Below are positions 1-11,579 of a DNA stretch of 64,000 nt, piece after piece (the first letter of the stretch is position 1; every line of letters begins with the position of its first letter). This DNA comes from an uncultured Chloroflexia bacterium (GTDB lineage: Bacteria; Chloroflexota; Dehalococcoidia; UBA2979). A program made the translations under genes and the position numbers. The DNA lies in NCBI GenBank assembly GCA_963728205.1, contig CAVSIV010000002.1, positions 128,001 to 192,000 of the forward strand, in the 5' to 3' direction. The notes beneath the pieces are model-generated. The model ran no database searches. It worked only from the letters and a program-made list of their open reading frames with translations, and had not been told where the DNA came from.

Positions 1-485
1 CGCTGGGGGATCGCCTGGGTCCCGTGCTGCTGCAGCTCCCGCCGACGCTCGGCTACGAGCCGGATCGACTGCGCGCGACGCTCGACGCGATGCCCCCGGG
101 CGTGCGCGTCGCGGTCGAGTTCCGGCACGACGCGTGGTTTCGCGACGAGACCTACGGGCTGCTGCGCGAACACGACGCCGCACTCTGCCTGGCCGACCGC
201 GGGTCGCGCCCCGTCACCCCGCTCGAGCGCACCGCGTCGTGGGGCTACGTGCGCTTCCACGCCGGCCGCGCCAGCCCCGAGCCGTGCTACGGCCGCACGG
301 CCGTCGACAGCTGGGCCGCGCGCATCGCGGCGCGGTGGAGCGCGCGCGCCGACGTCTATGCGTTCTTCAACAACGACACGCGTGCCTGCGCCCTCCGCGA
401 CGCCCACCGCTTCGCGCTCGCCGCGCGGCGCCACGGCCTGCACCCCACACGCGTCCCGTCAGCGGGCGCCGTGACGGTCCGGTGA
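1..485 (+). CDS. DUF72 (YecE-like) protein, 5' end truncated by the window
   Basis: Frame is open from the window edge (LGDRLGPVLLQLPP). Motifs AVEFRH..W, YVRFH and YAFFNND are typical of DUF72. Confidence 0.85.
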   Translation, partial: LGDRLGPVLLQLPPTLGYEPDRLRATLDAMPPGVRVAVEFRHDAWFRDETYGLLREHDAALCLADRGSRPVTPLERTASWGYVRFHAGRASPEPCYGRTAVDSWAARIAARWSARADVYAFFNNDTRACALRDAHRFALAARRHGLHPTRVPSAGAVTVR

Positions 486-511
486 GGGACAGCGGCGAGC
501 GCCGCCGCCAC

Positions 512-1504
512 CTACCCCTCGCGCCGCACCTCGCGCGCGTCCTTGTCGCGCCGCGTCCCGAGGAACGCCGGGTGCCGCAGCCGGCCGTCGCGCGTCCACT
601 CCGTGAACCGCACCTCGGCGACCACCTCGGGCCGCACCCAGTGCACCCCGCGCTCGCCGTCGAACTCCGCGAACGGCGACGCCTCGCGCTCCAGCGACTC
701 CAGCCGCTCGCCGAGCCGCGCGAGCGTCGCGTCGTCGAACCCCGTGCCGACCTTCCCCGCGTACACGAGGTCGTCGCCGTCGTAGTACCCGAGCAGCAGC
801 GCGCCGAATCCCGTGCGCGTGCCGCGCGGCTCCGTAAAGCCGCCCACGACGAACTCCTGCCCGTGCTGGCACTTGAACTTCAGCCAGTCCCGCGAGCGCG
901 TGTGCACGTACGGGGCGTCGGCGCGCTTCGCGATCAGCCCCTCCCATCGCTTCTCGCAGGCCTCCACGAGGTAGGCCTCGCCGTCGCGGTTGCGATGCGG
1001 TGTGAGACGCAGGGGGGCCTCGAACGCGAACGCCGCGCGCAGCAGCCGCTTGCGATCGCGCAGGGGCAGGTTGCAGGTGTCGTGGCCGGCAAGGTAGAGG
1101 ACGTCGAACACGTAGTAGAAGACCGCGACGGTACGCCGCTCGCCCGGCTGCGGCCGGTTGTGCATGCGCTGCTGCAGCCGCGCGAAGCTCGTGACCTTGC
1201 CGTCGAACGCGACCATCTCGCCGTCGACGATGAAGTCGTCGACGCCCAGCCCGCCGAGCGCGTCGGCAATCTCCGGGTACTCGGCGTTGAGCGTCTTCCT
1301 GTTGCGGGACAGCAGGCGCACCTCGCCCCCATCGCGCGAGGCGAGCACGCGTTCGCCGTCGAGCTTGCGCTCGTAAATCCACGCCTCGTCGCTGAACGCG
1401 TCGTGCGTGAGCGTCGCGAGCATCGGCGCCATCCACGGCGGGTGCGCGCGCGTGCGCAGGCGGGCGCGCGCACCCGCCGAGAGCGGCGCGAACGGATCGT
1501 CCAC
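512..1504 (-). CDS. ligD: ATP-dependent DNA ligase, stand-alone LigD ligase + OB domain
   Basis: Motifs YERKLDGER (motif I), DGEM, YVFDVLY, WEGLIAKR, WLKFK and LRHPAFLG. GTG start at 1504, just after the stop of the PE-domain gene. Confidence 0.85.
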   Translation of the reverse strand: MDDPFAPLSAGARARLRTRAHPPWMAPMLATLTHDAFSDEAWIYERKLDGERVLASRDGGEVRLLSRNRKTLNAEYPEIADALGGLGVDDFIVDGEMVAFDGKVTSFARLQQRMHNRPQPGERRTVAVFYYVFDVLYLAGHDTCNLPLRDRKRLLRAAFAFEAPLRLTPHRNRDGEAYLVEACEKRWEGLIAKRADAPYVHTRSRDWLKFKCQHGQEFVVGGFTEPRGTRTGFGALLLGYYDGDDLVYAGKVGTGFDDATLARLGERLESLEREASPFAEFDGERGVHWVRPEVVAEVRFTEWTRDGRLRHPAFLGTRRDKDAREVRREG

Positions 1505-1506
1505 CG

Positions 1507-2214
1507 TCAGTCGCGACCGGCGGACCTGCGGCCGCGCCCGCCGCGCCCGCTGCCGCCGCTGCCACGTGACGAGCCACTGTCGGCGTCGTCCCCCGTGGCT
1601 TCCGCCGCGATCTCCTCGATCGTCCGGTCGGAGAGCACGGAGCGCGGCTCGGTGCTGACGGGGTTGCGTCGCGCGTCGGCCTCGTCGTCGTCCATCTTCA
1701 CGAGGATCCAGTGCTCCTGGCCGCGCCGCCGCCGGGTCTGCGTCAGCGCGTAGCCGCCCGTGAGCTTCTCGCCCTCGAGCCACACCGTGATGTGGCCGCC
1801 CGCGAGCTGCTCGGAGAGCGGCACCATCGCGCCCTCCGCGTCCTCGTCCACGTCGCGGCGCTTCGTGTTGCGGAACGGCCCGGTGTCCCAGACGAGCACC
1901 GCCCCGCCGCCGTACTCGCCCTCGGGGATCGTGCCCTCGAAGTCGGCGTACTCCAGCGGGTGGTCCTCCGTGCGGATCGCGAGGCGGCGCTCGCGCGGGT
2001 CCGTGGACGGCCCCTTCGGCACCGCCCACGACGCCAGCGCGCCGTCGATCTCCAGGCGGAAGTCGTAGTGCAGCGACGTGGCATCGTGCTTCTGGATCAC
2101 GAAGAGCGGGCGGCTTCGCGTGCGGTGCGCGCTGCCCCGCGGCTCCGACGTGCGACGGAAGTCGCGGCGCGCGTGATACGTGCGAAGCGTGCCATCAGTG
2201 CGTCGAGGCGGCAT
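1507..2214 (-). CDS. Stand-alone LigD 3'-phosphoesterase (PE) domain protein
   Basis: FVIQKHDATSLHYDFRLE, SWAVPKGPS, TEDHPLEY and YGGGAVLVWD are LigD PE motifs. Confidence 0.9.
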   Translation of the reverse strand: MPPRRTDGTLRTYHARRDFRRTSEPRGSAHRTRSRPLFVIQKHDATSLHYDFRLEIDGALASWAVPKGPSTDPRERRLAIRTEDHPLEYADFEGTIPEGEYGGGAVLVWDTGPFRNTKRRDVDEDAEGAMVPLSEQLAGGHITVWLEGEKLTGGYALTQTRRRRGQEHWILVKMDDDEADARRNPVSTEPRSVLSDRTIEEIAAEATGDDADSGSSRGSGGSGRGGRGRRSAGRD

Positions 2215-2342
2215 GGTGCACCTCCTCGATCCACGCTACCAGCCCCGGTCACGGCATCTCGCGCGTCGTGGTCCCGGGACTACCGGGGCGACCGCGTTTG
2301 TGATGTGATGGCCGTGCTCGCGACTGCGAGGGGAGGCCATCA

Positions 2343-3260
2343 ATGACGACGCCCGACGGACCGGACCCCGCTTACCGGATCCCGGTGAGCTACATCGACA
2401 AGTCGCGCGAGTACTACCTCGCGCAGGGCTATGGGAACCCGTACCGCTGGGCTTACTACGCGGACGTGCCGTTCACGCCGCTCGCGAAGCCGCTGGCGCA
2501 GTCGCGCGTCGCGCTGATCACGACCGCCTCGCTGATCCCCGGCGGCGCGGACCACGACCCCGACCCCGAGTCCATGCCGGTGCCCTCCGCGTACGTCGCG
2601 CCGAGCGACCCCGCGCCGAAGCGCCTCTACACACAGCACCGCTTCTGGGACAAGGACGCGACGCACACCGACGACCTCGACTCCTTCTTCCCGATCCACC
2701 GTCTCTGCGAGTACGAGGCGGAGGGCCGCATCGGCGAGCTCTCGCCGCGCTTCTACGGCATGCCGACCGACTACAGCCAGCGCCGCACCATCGAGCAGGA
2801 CGCGCCGCAGGTGCTGGAGTGGTGTCGCGAGGACGGCGTCGACGTCGCGCTGCTCGTCCCGCTCTGACCGGTCTGCCACCAGACCGTGAGCCTGGTATCC
2901 CGGCACCTCGAAGCGAACGGCATCCCGACGGTCATCCTCGGCTCCGCGCGCGACATCGTGGAGCAGTGCGGCGTGGCGCGGCTGGTCTTCACGGACTTCC
3001 CGCTCGGCAACCCCACGGGAAAGCCGTACGACGCCGCCATGCAGCGCGCGATCGTCGGCTTCGGGCTCGACCTGCTGGAGAGCGCGCGGGCACCCCGCAC
3101 CACCGTGCAGACGCCGTTCCAGTGGGATGAGTCGGGCGAGTGGCGCGCGAACTTCATGCGTGTCGACGACTCGACGCGCGCGGTGCTGCGCCGCGCGGGC
3201 GAGATGCGCCGACGCCAGCAGGAGCGGCGCAAGCAGGAGGGCCGGGCACGCGCGACATAA
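2343..3260 (+). CDS. GrdB/PrdB-like (glycine/sarcosine/betaine/proline reductase selenoprotein B family) protein with Sec at UGA 2865-2867
   Basis: ORFs 2343-2867 and 2886-3260 share a frame and are joined by a single TGA: DVALLVPL-U-PVCHQTVSLVSRHLEANGIPTV (UxxC motif). A hairpin follows the UGA, and there is an SD (GGAGG) before ATG 2343. Confidence 0.85.
2868..2897 (+). promoter_or_regulatory. Putative bacterial SECIS element
   Basis: ACCAG(2878-82)/CTGGT(2892-96) stem with a CGUGA loop, placing GU about 18 nt after the UGA. An alternative fold is CGGTCTG-CCAC-CAGACCG. Confidence 0.55.
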
Positions 3261-3291
3261 GCGCGCAGCTCGGCGCAGCGGCCGAGTCCGC

Positions 3292-5118
<1,827 letters not shown>

Positions 5119-5379
5119 CGATGCTCCTCGGCGTGGTCGCGCCGGCTGTGGGTGCGAGGTGGGCGTGGCGAGGGGCGCTCGTGATGTGGAGCGGCGCCGT
5201 GTGCATCGAGTGTACGGCGGCTGCCGGCTACGCGCGCCGGCACGCGATCCCGGCGCGGTTCCGCAGAGCCGACGCGCGTTCCCCGCGTGCGCGCCACTGC
5301 CGCGACGCCGCTGCGTTCGGTGTGAGGCGCCCGGTGCCGGGGTTCCGACCGGCGGCGCACGGCGCACCGGAGCGCGAGC

Positions 5380-5820
5380 TCACTCCGATTCCTCCACGGA
5401 TGCGGCGTCGGCGGCGCATCCGTCCGCCACGGGGCGAAACACGGCCCGGTCGGCGACGACGAAATTCACGACCGCGGCGGCCACGATCCCCAGCGCGGAC
5501 GCCGCCAGGTCGGGCAGGACCACGACGGTCGCGGCGAACACGCCGACGTTGAGCAGGGCGGTGCCGGCGATCGCGGAGTGAAACCCCAGCCAGCGCGCGA
5601 CGATCGCCGCCCGCGGGTTGCGGTCACGCCACGTGAAGACGCAGCTCAGCGCGAAGTTGACCTGCGCCGAGACCAGGAACGCGACGGCGTCGGCGGGCAC
5701 GCTCCACATGCCCGCGACCAGGAGCAGCCGCAGCAGCGCGAGCTGGACGACGGCGGCCGTCGCGCCCACCAGCGCAAAGCGAGCGGGTCGCAGGGCGACG
5801 AGCCGACGGGCGTATCGCAT
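5380..5820 (-). CDS. GtrA family membrane protein
   Basis: Four hydrophobic segments; motifs RFALVG, NFALS..FTW and VNFV...VF. Confidence 0.8.
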   Translation of the reverse strand: MRYARRLVALRPARFALVGATAAVVQLALLRLLLVAGMWSVPADAVAFLVSAQVNFALSCVFTWRDRNPRAAIVARWLGFHSAIAGTALLNVGVFAATVVVLPDLAASALGIVAAAVVNFVVADRAVFRPVADGCAADAASVEESE

Positions 5821-5914
5821 GCTCTCCCGATCCTCGTCGCTCGTCGCCCGGATCGCAGGTCACGCCCTGGGAGGCGAATGGGTAACGAGGCGATCGCTTC
5901 TCGCCCCGGCGCAC

Positions 5915-5940
5915 AAAAAAGAGGCCCCGGTCGGGGCCTC
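5915..5940 (-). terminator. Intrinsic terminator after tRNA-Met
   Basis: On the minus strand: GAGGCCCCG-AC-CGGGGCCTC followed by TTTTTT. Confidence 0.85.
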
Positions 5941-5954
5941 AACAGGTTGGGAAC

Positions 5955-6029
5955 TGGTAGCAGGGGGGAGATTTGAACTCCCGACCAAGGGCTTATGAGT
6001 CCCCTGCTCTACCACTGAGCTACCCTGCC
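5955..6029 (-). tRNA. tRNA-Met(CAT), probably elongator
   Basis: GGCAGGGTAGCTCAGTGGTAGAGCAGGGGACTCATAAGCCCTTGGTCGGGAGTTCAAATCTCCCCCCTGCTACCA folds as a cloverleaf with encoded CCA. No C1 mismatch, so not the initiator; Ile2 cannot be fully excluded. Confidence 0.9.
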
Positions 6030-6203
6030 ACGGATTTCCCAGTCTAGGTTCTGACGCCGTTCCGGTCACCCCGTGGCGCACCCGGCCGCGCCCCCGCGCG
6101 CCGCTCATCCGCGGGCCGGCCGGGGTGGGCGGCCTCCGTAGCATGGGATCAGGGGAGAACGCGGCGTGCTCGTCGCGGATGTCCCGCAACCGAGGAGGAT
6201 GCG

Positions 6204-6632
6204 ATGCGCGTGCCCGCCATCGGTCGCGTCCGTCCGTGGCTCTGGATTCCGCTCGCCGTGTTCGCCTGCGCGGCGCTGGTCACCGCGTGCAGCCACGGCA
6301 ACGCTACCCCAACCGCGAGCCCACCCCTTCAGACGTTCACGGTGACCGTGAACGCGGACGGACTCAGCCCCAGCCAGGTGAAGATGCGCGTACCCGACAA
6401 GGCGCGCCTCATCGTCCAGAACGACACGTCGGACGACTGCGTCTTCTCGTTCGGGCCGTACGTGCAGCGCATGAATGTCCCGCCGCACGACAAGTCGACC
6501 ATGGCCTTCACCGCGATTGCGACGCAGGACCTGCCGCCCAACCTCGCCGTCGAGGGCCCGATCACGATGGGCTGCGAAGGCGGCCAGCGCACCGGGACGA
6601 TCCAGTTGCTCACTTCGACGTCGACACACTGA
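6204..6632 (+). CDS. Lipoprotein with cupredoxin-like fold
   Basis: Lipobox LVTAC. The beta-strand pattern FTVTV..GLSPSQVKM....ARLIVQN...GTIQL resembles cupredoxin/EfeO N-domains. SD GAGGAGG. Confidence 0.6.
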   Translation: MRVPAIGRVRPWLWIPLAVFACAALVTACSHGNATPTASPPLQTFTVTVNADGLSPSQVKMRVPDKARLIVQNDTSDDCVFSFGPYVQRMNVPPHDKSTMAFTAIATQDLPPNLAVEGPITMGCEGGQRTGTIQLLTSTSTH

Positions 6633-6740
6633 CGCCGCGCACCACCGCCCGGCGGCGCGTCCCGCTCCCCGTCGCGCCCGTGCCGGGGTACCGTCCCCGC
6701 TGACTTCCCGCGGACGGTTCGGCGCGAGACGGAGGGTGCG

Positions 6741-7682
6741 ATGACGGCAGCTTCGCGAGCGGACGGCCGCGGCGGCGCGCGCCGCCCACCGGGCGAAGAG
6801 CCGCGGGACACGCGCGCAGCGGTCAACGGGGTCGACCTCTGCGTGTTCGACTGGCCCGGCGACGGCCCGCCCCTTCTCTTCGCGCACGCGACGGGCTTCC
6901 ACGCGCGCTGCTGGGACGAGGTGATCCGCCGCCTCCCCGGCCGTCGCGCGCTCGCGGTCGACATGCGCGGCCACGGCCGCAGCGACCGGCCTACGCCGCC
7001 CTACGAGTGGTCGCAGATGGGCGAAGACGTCACCGCGCTCGTCGGCGCGCTCGACCTGCACGGCATCGTCGCCGTCGGGCACTCGATGGGCGGCCACTCC
7101 GTGACCTACGCGGCCGGGCACGCGCCCGATCGCTTCGGAGCGCTCCTGCTCGTCGACCCCGTCATTCGCTCGCCGGAGGGCTACCGCGCCGCGGCGGCGG
7201 AGCAGCAGCGTGAGGACGCGGGCGGCTCGTCGTTCGTGGCGCGGCGGCGCAACCAGTGGGCGTCGGTCGAGGAGATGGTCGAGCGCTTTGCCGGCGGGCC
7301 CCCGTTCGGGGCGTGGGACCCGCAGGTGCTGCGCGACTACTGTCGCTACGGCCTGCTGCCGGCGCCCGGAGGCGACGGCTTCGTGCTCGCGTGCCCGCCC
7401 GCGATTGAGGCCGACATCTACGCCCACGCAGCCCTGACCGACGTCGACGACGCCGTCGCGCGCATCGCGATCCCCGTGCGCGTGCTGCGCGCGCCGCCCG
7501 CGTCGCCGGGCGCCGGCGCGTTCTCGGGGTCGCCGACAGACCCCGGCCTCGCGAGCCGCTTCGCCCACGGCGAGGATGTGCTGCTCCCCGGCGCTTCGCA
7601 CTACATCCCCATGGAGTCGCCGGCGCTCGTCGCACGGCATGTCGCGGAGATGGCGACGCTCGCGGACGCCCCGCGCGACTGA
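6741..7682 (+). CDS. Alpha/beta fold hydrolase
   Basis: HATGF, DMRGHGRS, the GHSMGG nucleophile elbow and the C-terminal SHYIPME. Confidence 0.9.
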   Translation: MTAASRADGRGGARRPPGEEPRDTRAAVNGVDLCVFDWPGDGPPLLFAHATGFHARCWDEVIRRLPGRRALAVDMRGHGRSDRPTPPYEWSQMGEDVTALVGALDLHGIVAVGHSMGGHSVTYAAGHAPDRFGALLLVDPVIRSPEGYRAAAAEQQREDAGGSSFVARRRNQWASVEEMVERFAGGPPFGAWDPQVLRDYCRYGLLPAPGGDGFVLACPPAIEADIYAHAALTDVDDAVARIAIPVRVLRAPPASPGAGAFSGSPTDPGLASRFAHGEDVLLPGASHYIPMESPALVARHVAEMATLADAPRD

Positions 7683-7772
7683 GCCCGCGTGGTCCCTCAC
7701 GCGCGACGTTGCTAGGCTCCGCGTGCGCGCCGCAGCGGGGGCGCCGGACGCGCGCCGCCGGAGGTCCGCTCG

Positions 7773-8980
7773 ATGTCACGCGCCCCGTGGGTGCGCGCGA
7801 GCGCGCTGTCCCTCGCCCTGCTCACCGCGGCGACGCTCGCCACCGCCTGTCACGGCGCGCGCGGCGCGACGCCCGATGCGCCGGCCGACACGCGCGCCAT
7901 CACCGTGGCGGCCGGCAATCCGATCCGCATCGGCATCTCCTCCATCCTGGACGGCAGCCTCCGCGCGCTCGGCATCCCGCTCGCGCGGGCCGCCGAGCTC
8001 GGCGGGCGCGGCGTGACCGTCGACGGCCACCCGCTCGACTTCGAGCGCTCCGACGACGCCTGCACCGCGGACGGCGGCGTGGCCGCCGCCCGCACGCTGA
8101 TCGCGAGCGGCGTCGTCGCCGTGATCGGGCCGGTCTGCTCGGCGTCGGTGCAGGCCGCGCAGCCCATCTACGCGGCCGCCGGCGTTCCCGTGCTGTCGCC
8201 GGCCTCGACCGCGATCGGCGACACGGTGCCCGTAAGCGGCACGGCGTACGCCGGGTTCTTCCGCCTCGCCTACGACGACGCGATCCAGGCGCAGGCGCTT
8301 GCGCGCTTCGCGACCGAGCGCCTGCACGCGAGCACGGCCTACATCGTCGCGTTCGACGATTTGTTCGGCGCGCAGTACCGCGACGCCTTCGCGGCTGCGT
8401 ACGCCGGGCGCGTCGTGGGCGCCGCGTCGTTCCCGGCCGGCGCCACTGCGTTCCCCTCGGCGGTCCGCGGATCCAGGACTCGCATGCGCAGGTGGTGCTG
8501 TTCTTCGGCTACTCCGCCGAGGCCGCCCCGTTCGCCCGCGCGCTTCAGGCCGCCGGGGTGCGCGTCCCGCTGCTCACGCCCGACACCGTGCACGACTCCC
8601 AGTTCCCGGCGCAGGCGGGCAGCGCGGCGGAGGGCGTCTACGTCGCCCTCCCCGACCCCACTCCGTCCGGCGCCGCCTACGAGCGTTTCAGCGCCGCCTA
8701 CGTTGCCGCGTACGGCGCCTCCGCCGCGGCCGCCCCGTTCACCCCGCAGGCGTTCGACGCCACCGCCGTCCTGGCCGACGCGCTGCGACGCGTCGCGCGG
8801 CCCGCCGGCTCCGCCCTCACGATCGACCTCACCGCGCTGCGCGCCGCGGTCGCGCGGACCGATCTCACGGGCGCGTCGGGGCGGGTGCGCTTCGATGCGC
8901 TGGGCGACAACGTCGGAACGGCGACGCCCGTGCGCATCCTCGTGGTGCGGGAAAGCACGTTCGTCGACACGGGGTTCTAG
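7773..8980 (+). CDS. Branched-chain amino acid ABC transporter substrate-binding lipoprotein (LivJ/K family); frameshift near 8468
   Basis: Lipobox LATAC, DDAC, VIGPVCS and FFRLAYDDAIQ in the 7773 frame. The C-terminal half (VVLFFGY...GASGRVRFDALGD) is in the 7709-8980 frame. Confidence 0.8.
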
Positions 8981-9077
8981 CGTGGACGAGGTTGCGGGGC
9001 GCCTGCTGCGCGAATGATCTACCCTGAACGAACGGGGACGGCGGCGAGCAGAAGCGTCCCCTGGGAACGAGGGCACC

Positions 9078-9698
9078 ATGCCGAACGACACCGAGCGCAC
9101 CGACGGAGCCACGCCCGAGATCCGCTTCACGGACGACGCGGCGGAGAAGCTTGCCGAGGTGATCGGGAACCACCCGAATCCGGTCGCCGGCCTGCGGCTC
9201 CAGATCCTCGGCCGTGCCGAGGGCCAGTTCCAGCACGTCCTCAGCCTCGTCGAGGACGGCGCGCAGATCGAAGACGACATCGTCGTCGAGACCGACGACG
9301 GTATCCGTGTCTTCGTCGAGCGCATGAACGCGAAGTACCTCGACGGCGTAGAGATCAACTACGCCGACAAGGGGCCGGGTCGGACCGGCCTCGAGTTCTC
9401 GAACCCCAACCCGCTCTGGATGGACGAGCGCGAAGAGCTGGTTCAGCGCATCTTCGACGAGCAGGTCAACCCCGCGATTGCCGCACACGGCGGCATCGTG
9501 AACCTGCTCGCGGTCGACGGCGACACCGCCTACGTCCAGTTTGGCGGCGGCTGCCAGGGCTGCGGCATGGTCAACGTCACGCTCCAGCAGGGCGTCGAGG
9601 TGGCCGTCAAGGAGCTGGTGCCGAGCATCGAGCACATCGTCGACGCCACGGACCACCAGTCGGGCACGAACCCCTACTACCAGCCCGCGAAGAAGTGA
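9078..9698 (+). CDS. nfuA: Fe-S biogenesis protein NfuA (degenerate A-type domain + NifU C-terminal domain)
   Basis: GLEFSNPN, VNPAIAAHGG, FGGGCQGCGM and DATDHQSGTNPYY. Confidence 0.92.
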   Translation: MPNDTERTDGATPEIRFTDDAAEKLAEVIGNHPNPVAGLRLQILGRAEGQFQHVLSLVEDGAQIEDDIVVETDDGIRVFVERMNAKYLDGVEINYADKGPGRTGLEFSNPNPLWMDEREELVQRIFDEQVNPAIAAHGGIVNLLAVDGDTAYVQFGGGCQGCGMVNVTLQQGVEVAVKELVPSIEHIVDATDHQSGTNPYYQPAKK

Positions 9699-11167
9699 TG
9701 CCGCCGGGCATGCCCGGCCGCGCGCCAGGCGCGCCGCTCCGCGTCCTGCTCGTCTCCACCTACGAGATGGGCCACCAGCCACTGGGCCTCGCGGCCCCGG
9801 CCGCCGCGCTGCGCGGAGCCGGCCACGACGTCCGGACCCTGGATCTCGCCGTCGAGTCCCCGGAGCTCGAGCGCTTCGACGACGTCGACCTCGTCGCGAT
9901 CTCAATCCCGATGCACACGGCGGCGCGGCTCGGGATCGACCTCGCCGGCCGCCTGCGCCGCCTGCGGCCGGCGCTGCGCATCGCGTTCTACGGCCTCTAC
10001 GCGACGCCGCTCGCCGACCGCCTCGCGCGCGACGGCCTCGCCGACGCCGTGATCGGCGGCGAGTACGAGCCCGGACTCCTCGCGCTCGCCGCGCGCCTCG
10101 CCGGCGCGCCGGCCGACCCGCTCGCGCTCGCGGGCGTCGGCCCGCAGCCCGCGTTCGCGCGGCAGGCGTACCCCGTCCCGGATCGCACGGGATTGCCGCC
10201 GCTCGACGCCTACGCACGCCTCCAGCTCGGCGACGAGCAGCGGCTCGCGGGCTACGTCGAGACGACCCGCGGCTGCGCCCACCACTGCACGCACTGCCCG
10301 CTGACGCCCGTCTACGGTGGGCGCCTGCGCGTCGTGCAGGCCGAGACGGTGCTCGCGGACATCGATCAGCTCGTCGCGGCCGGCGCGCGCCACATCACCT
10401 TCGGCGACCCTGACTTCTTTAACGCCCTGCCCCATGCGCGCGCCGTCGTCGACGCCATGCGCGTCCGCCACCCGGACCTCACGTTCGACGCGACCATCAA
10501 GGTCGAGCACCTGCTCGAGCACGCCGACGCCCTCGCCTGGCTGCGCGGGCGGGGCTGTCTCTTCGTCACCTCCGCGTTCGAGTCGACGAACGACGCCACG
10601 CTTCGCCTGCTCGACAAGGGCCACACGCGCGACGACATGGATCGCGCGGTGGCGGCGGCCGAGGCCGCCGGGCTGCCCGTGCGGCCGACGTGGGTGGCGT
10701 TCACGCCGTGGACGGCACCGGCGGACCTCCTGGACATGCTCGCGTTCATCGAGTCGCGCGGGCTCGTCGAGCACGTGCAGCCGGTGCAGTACGGCATCCG
10801 GCTGCTGCTGCCGCCCGGCTCGCCGCTCGTCGACCGGCTGCGCGACGAGGGCCGGCTCGGCCCGTTCGACGACGACGCCCTCACCTATACGTGGGCGAGC
10901 GCCGACCCGCGCATGGACGCGCTGCAGCGCGAGCTGGCCGGGATCGTGGAGTCGGCGGCGTGCGCGAGCTGCGACGCGGAGCCCGCCGTGGAGACGTTCC
11001 GCCGCGTGAAGCAGGCGACCGTCGCGGCGCTCGCGGGCGACGCGGCGCCGGTGGCGGTAGCCGCACAGCCCCGGCGGGTGGTGCCGGGGCTGACCGAGTC
11101 GTGGTTCTGCTGAGCGGAGCCGACGGGGGCGCAGTTGGCGCCCCTCGACCGCGCGCTCGGGCTGTGA
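9698..11167 (+). CDS. CUAEP-tail radical SAM selenoprotein with an N-terminal B12-binding-like domain; Sec at UGA 11111-11113
   Basis: ATG overlaps the nfuA stop (TGATG). N-terminus LLVSTYEMGHQPLGLA; TRGCAHHCTHC (CxxxCxxC, 10274-10297). C-terminus LTESWFC-U-AEPTGAQLAPLDRALGL, with the next stop at 11165-11167. Confidence 0.9.
11121..11147 (+). promoter_or_regulatory. Putative bacterial SECIS element
   Basis: GGGGCGC(11126-32)-AGUUG-GCGCCCC(11138-44) hairpin extended by CGA/TCG. The loop GU lies about 20 nt after the UGA. Confidence 0.65.
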
Positions 11168-11183
11168 CCCCGGCCGCCTCGCG

Positions 11184-11579
11184 CTAGACGACCGTCACCG
11201 GGATCCGCTGGGTCTCCTCCTGGAGTTCCTCGGCGACGCTTCCGTCGATCAGGTCGCGGAACGCGCTGTGCTCATGCGACGCGATCACGATGCGATCGAC
11301 GTGCTCGTCGCGCGCGACCTCGAGGATCCCGCGCACCGGGTCGCCCGCGAGCCGCACCTCCTCCTGGACGTGCAGACCCGGGTCGAGGCGCTCACGGACC
11401 TTCCGCAGCCGCTTCTCGAGCACCGAGTGCGTCTCCTTCGCGTGCTGTGACACCTCGGGCAGTTCGCCCACGCTGACGAGGACGAGCTCGAAATCGCGCT
11501 CGCCGCGGCCCAATTCGAGGGCCTTCGGCAGCGCGTGCTCGGAAAACTCCGTCTCGTCGATCGGAACGAGGATCTTCAC
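11184..11579 (-). CDS. Universal stress protein (UspA family)
   Basis: KILVPID.TEFSEHAL, GDP..GIL..A....VDRIVIASH and GSVAE...IPVTVV. GTG start with SD GGAGGGAG. Confidence 0.88.
   Translation of the reverse strand: MKILVPIDETEFSEHALPKALELGRGERDFELVLVSVGELPEVSQHAKETHSVLEKRLRKVRERLDPGLHVQEEVRLAGDPVRGILEVARDEHVDRIVIASHEHSAFRDLIDGSVAEELQEETQRIPVTVV

Noticed and set aside
9014-9697. N-terminal 228 aa of the 699-aa radical SAM ORF
   Set aside because: It overlaps nfuA in another frame and is low-complexity. The real start is ATG 9698 (or 9710).
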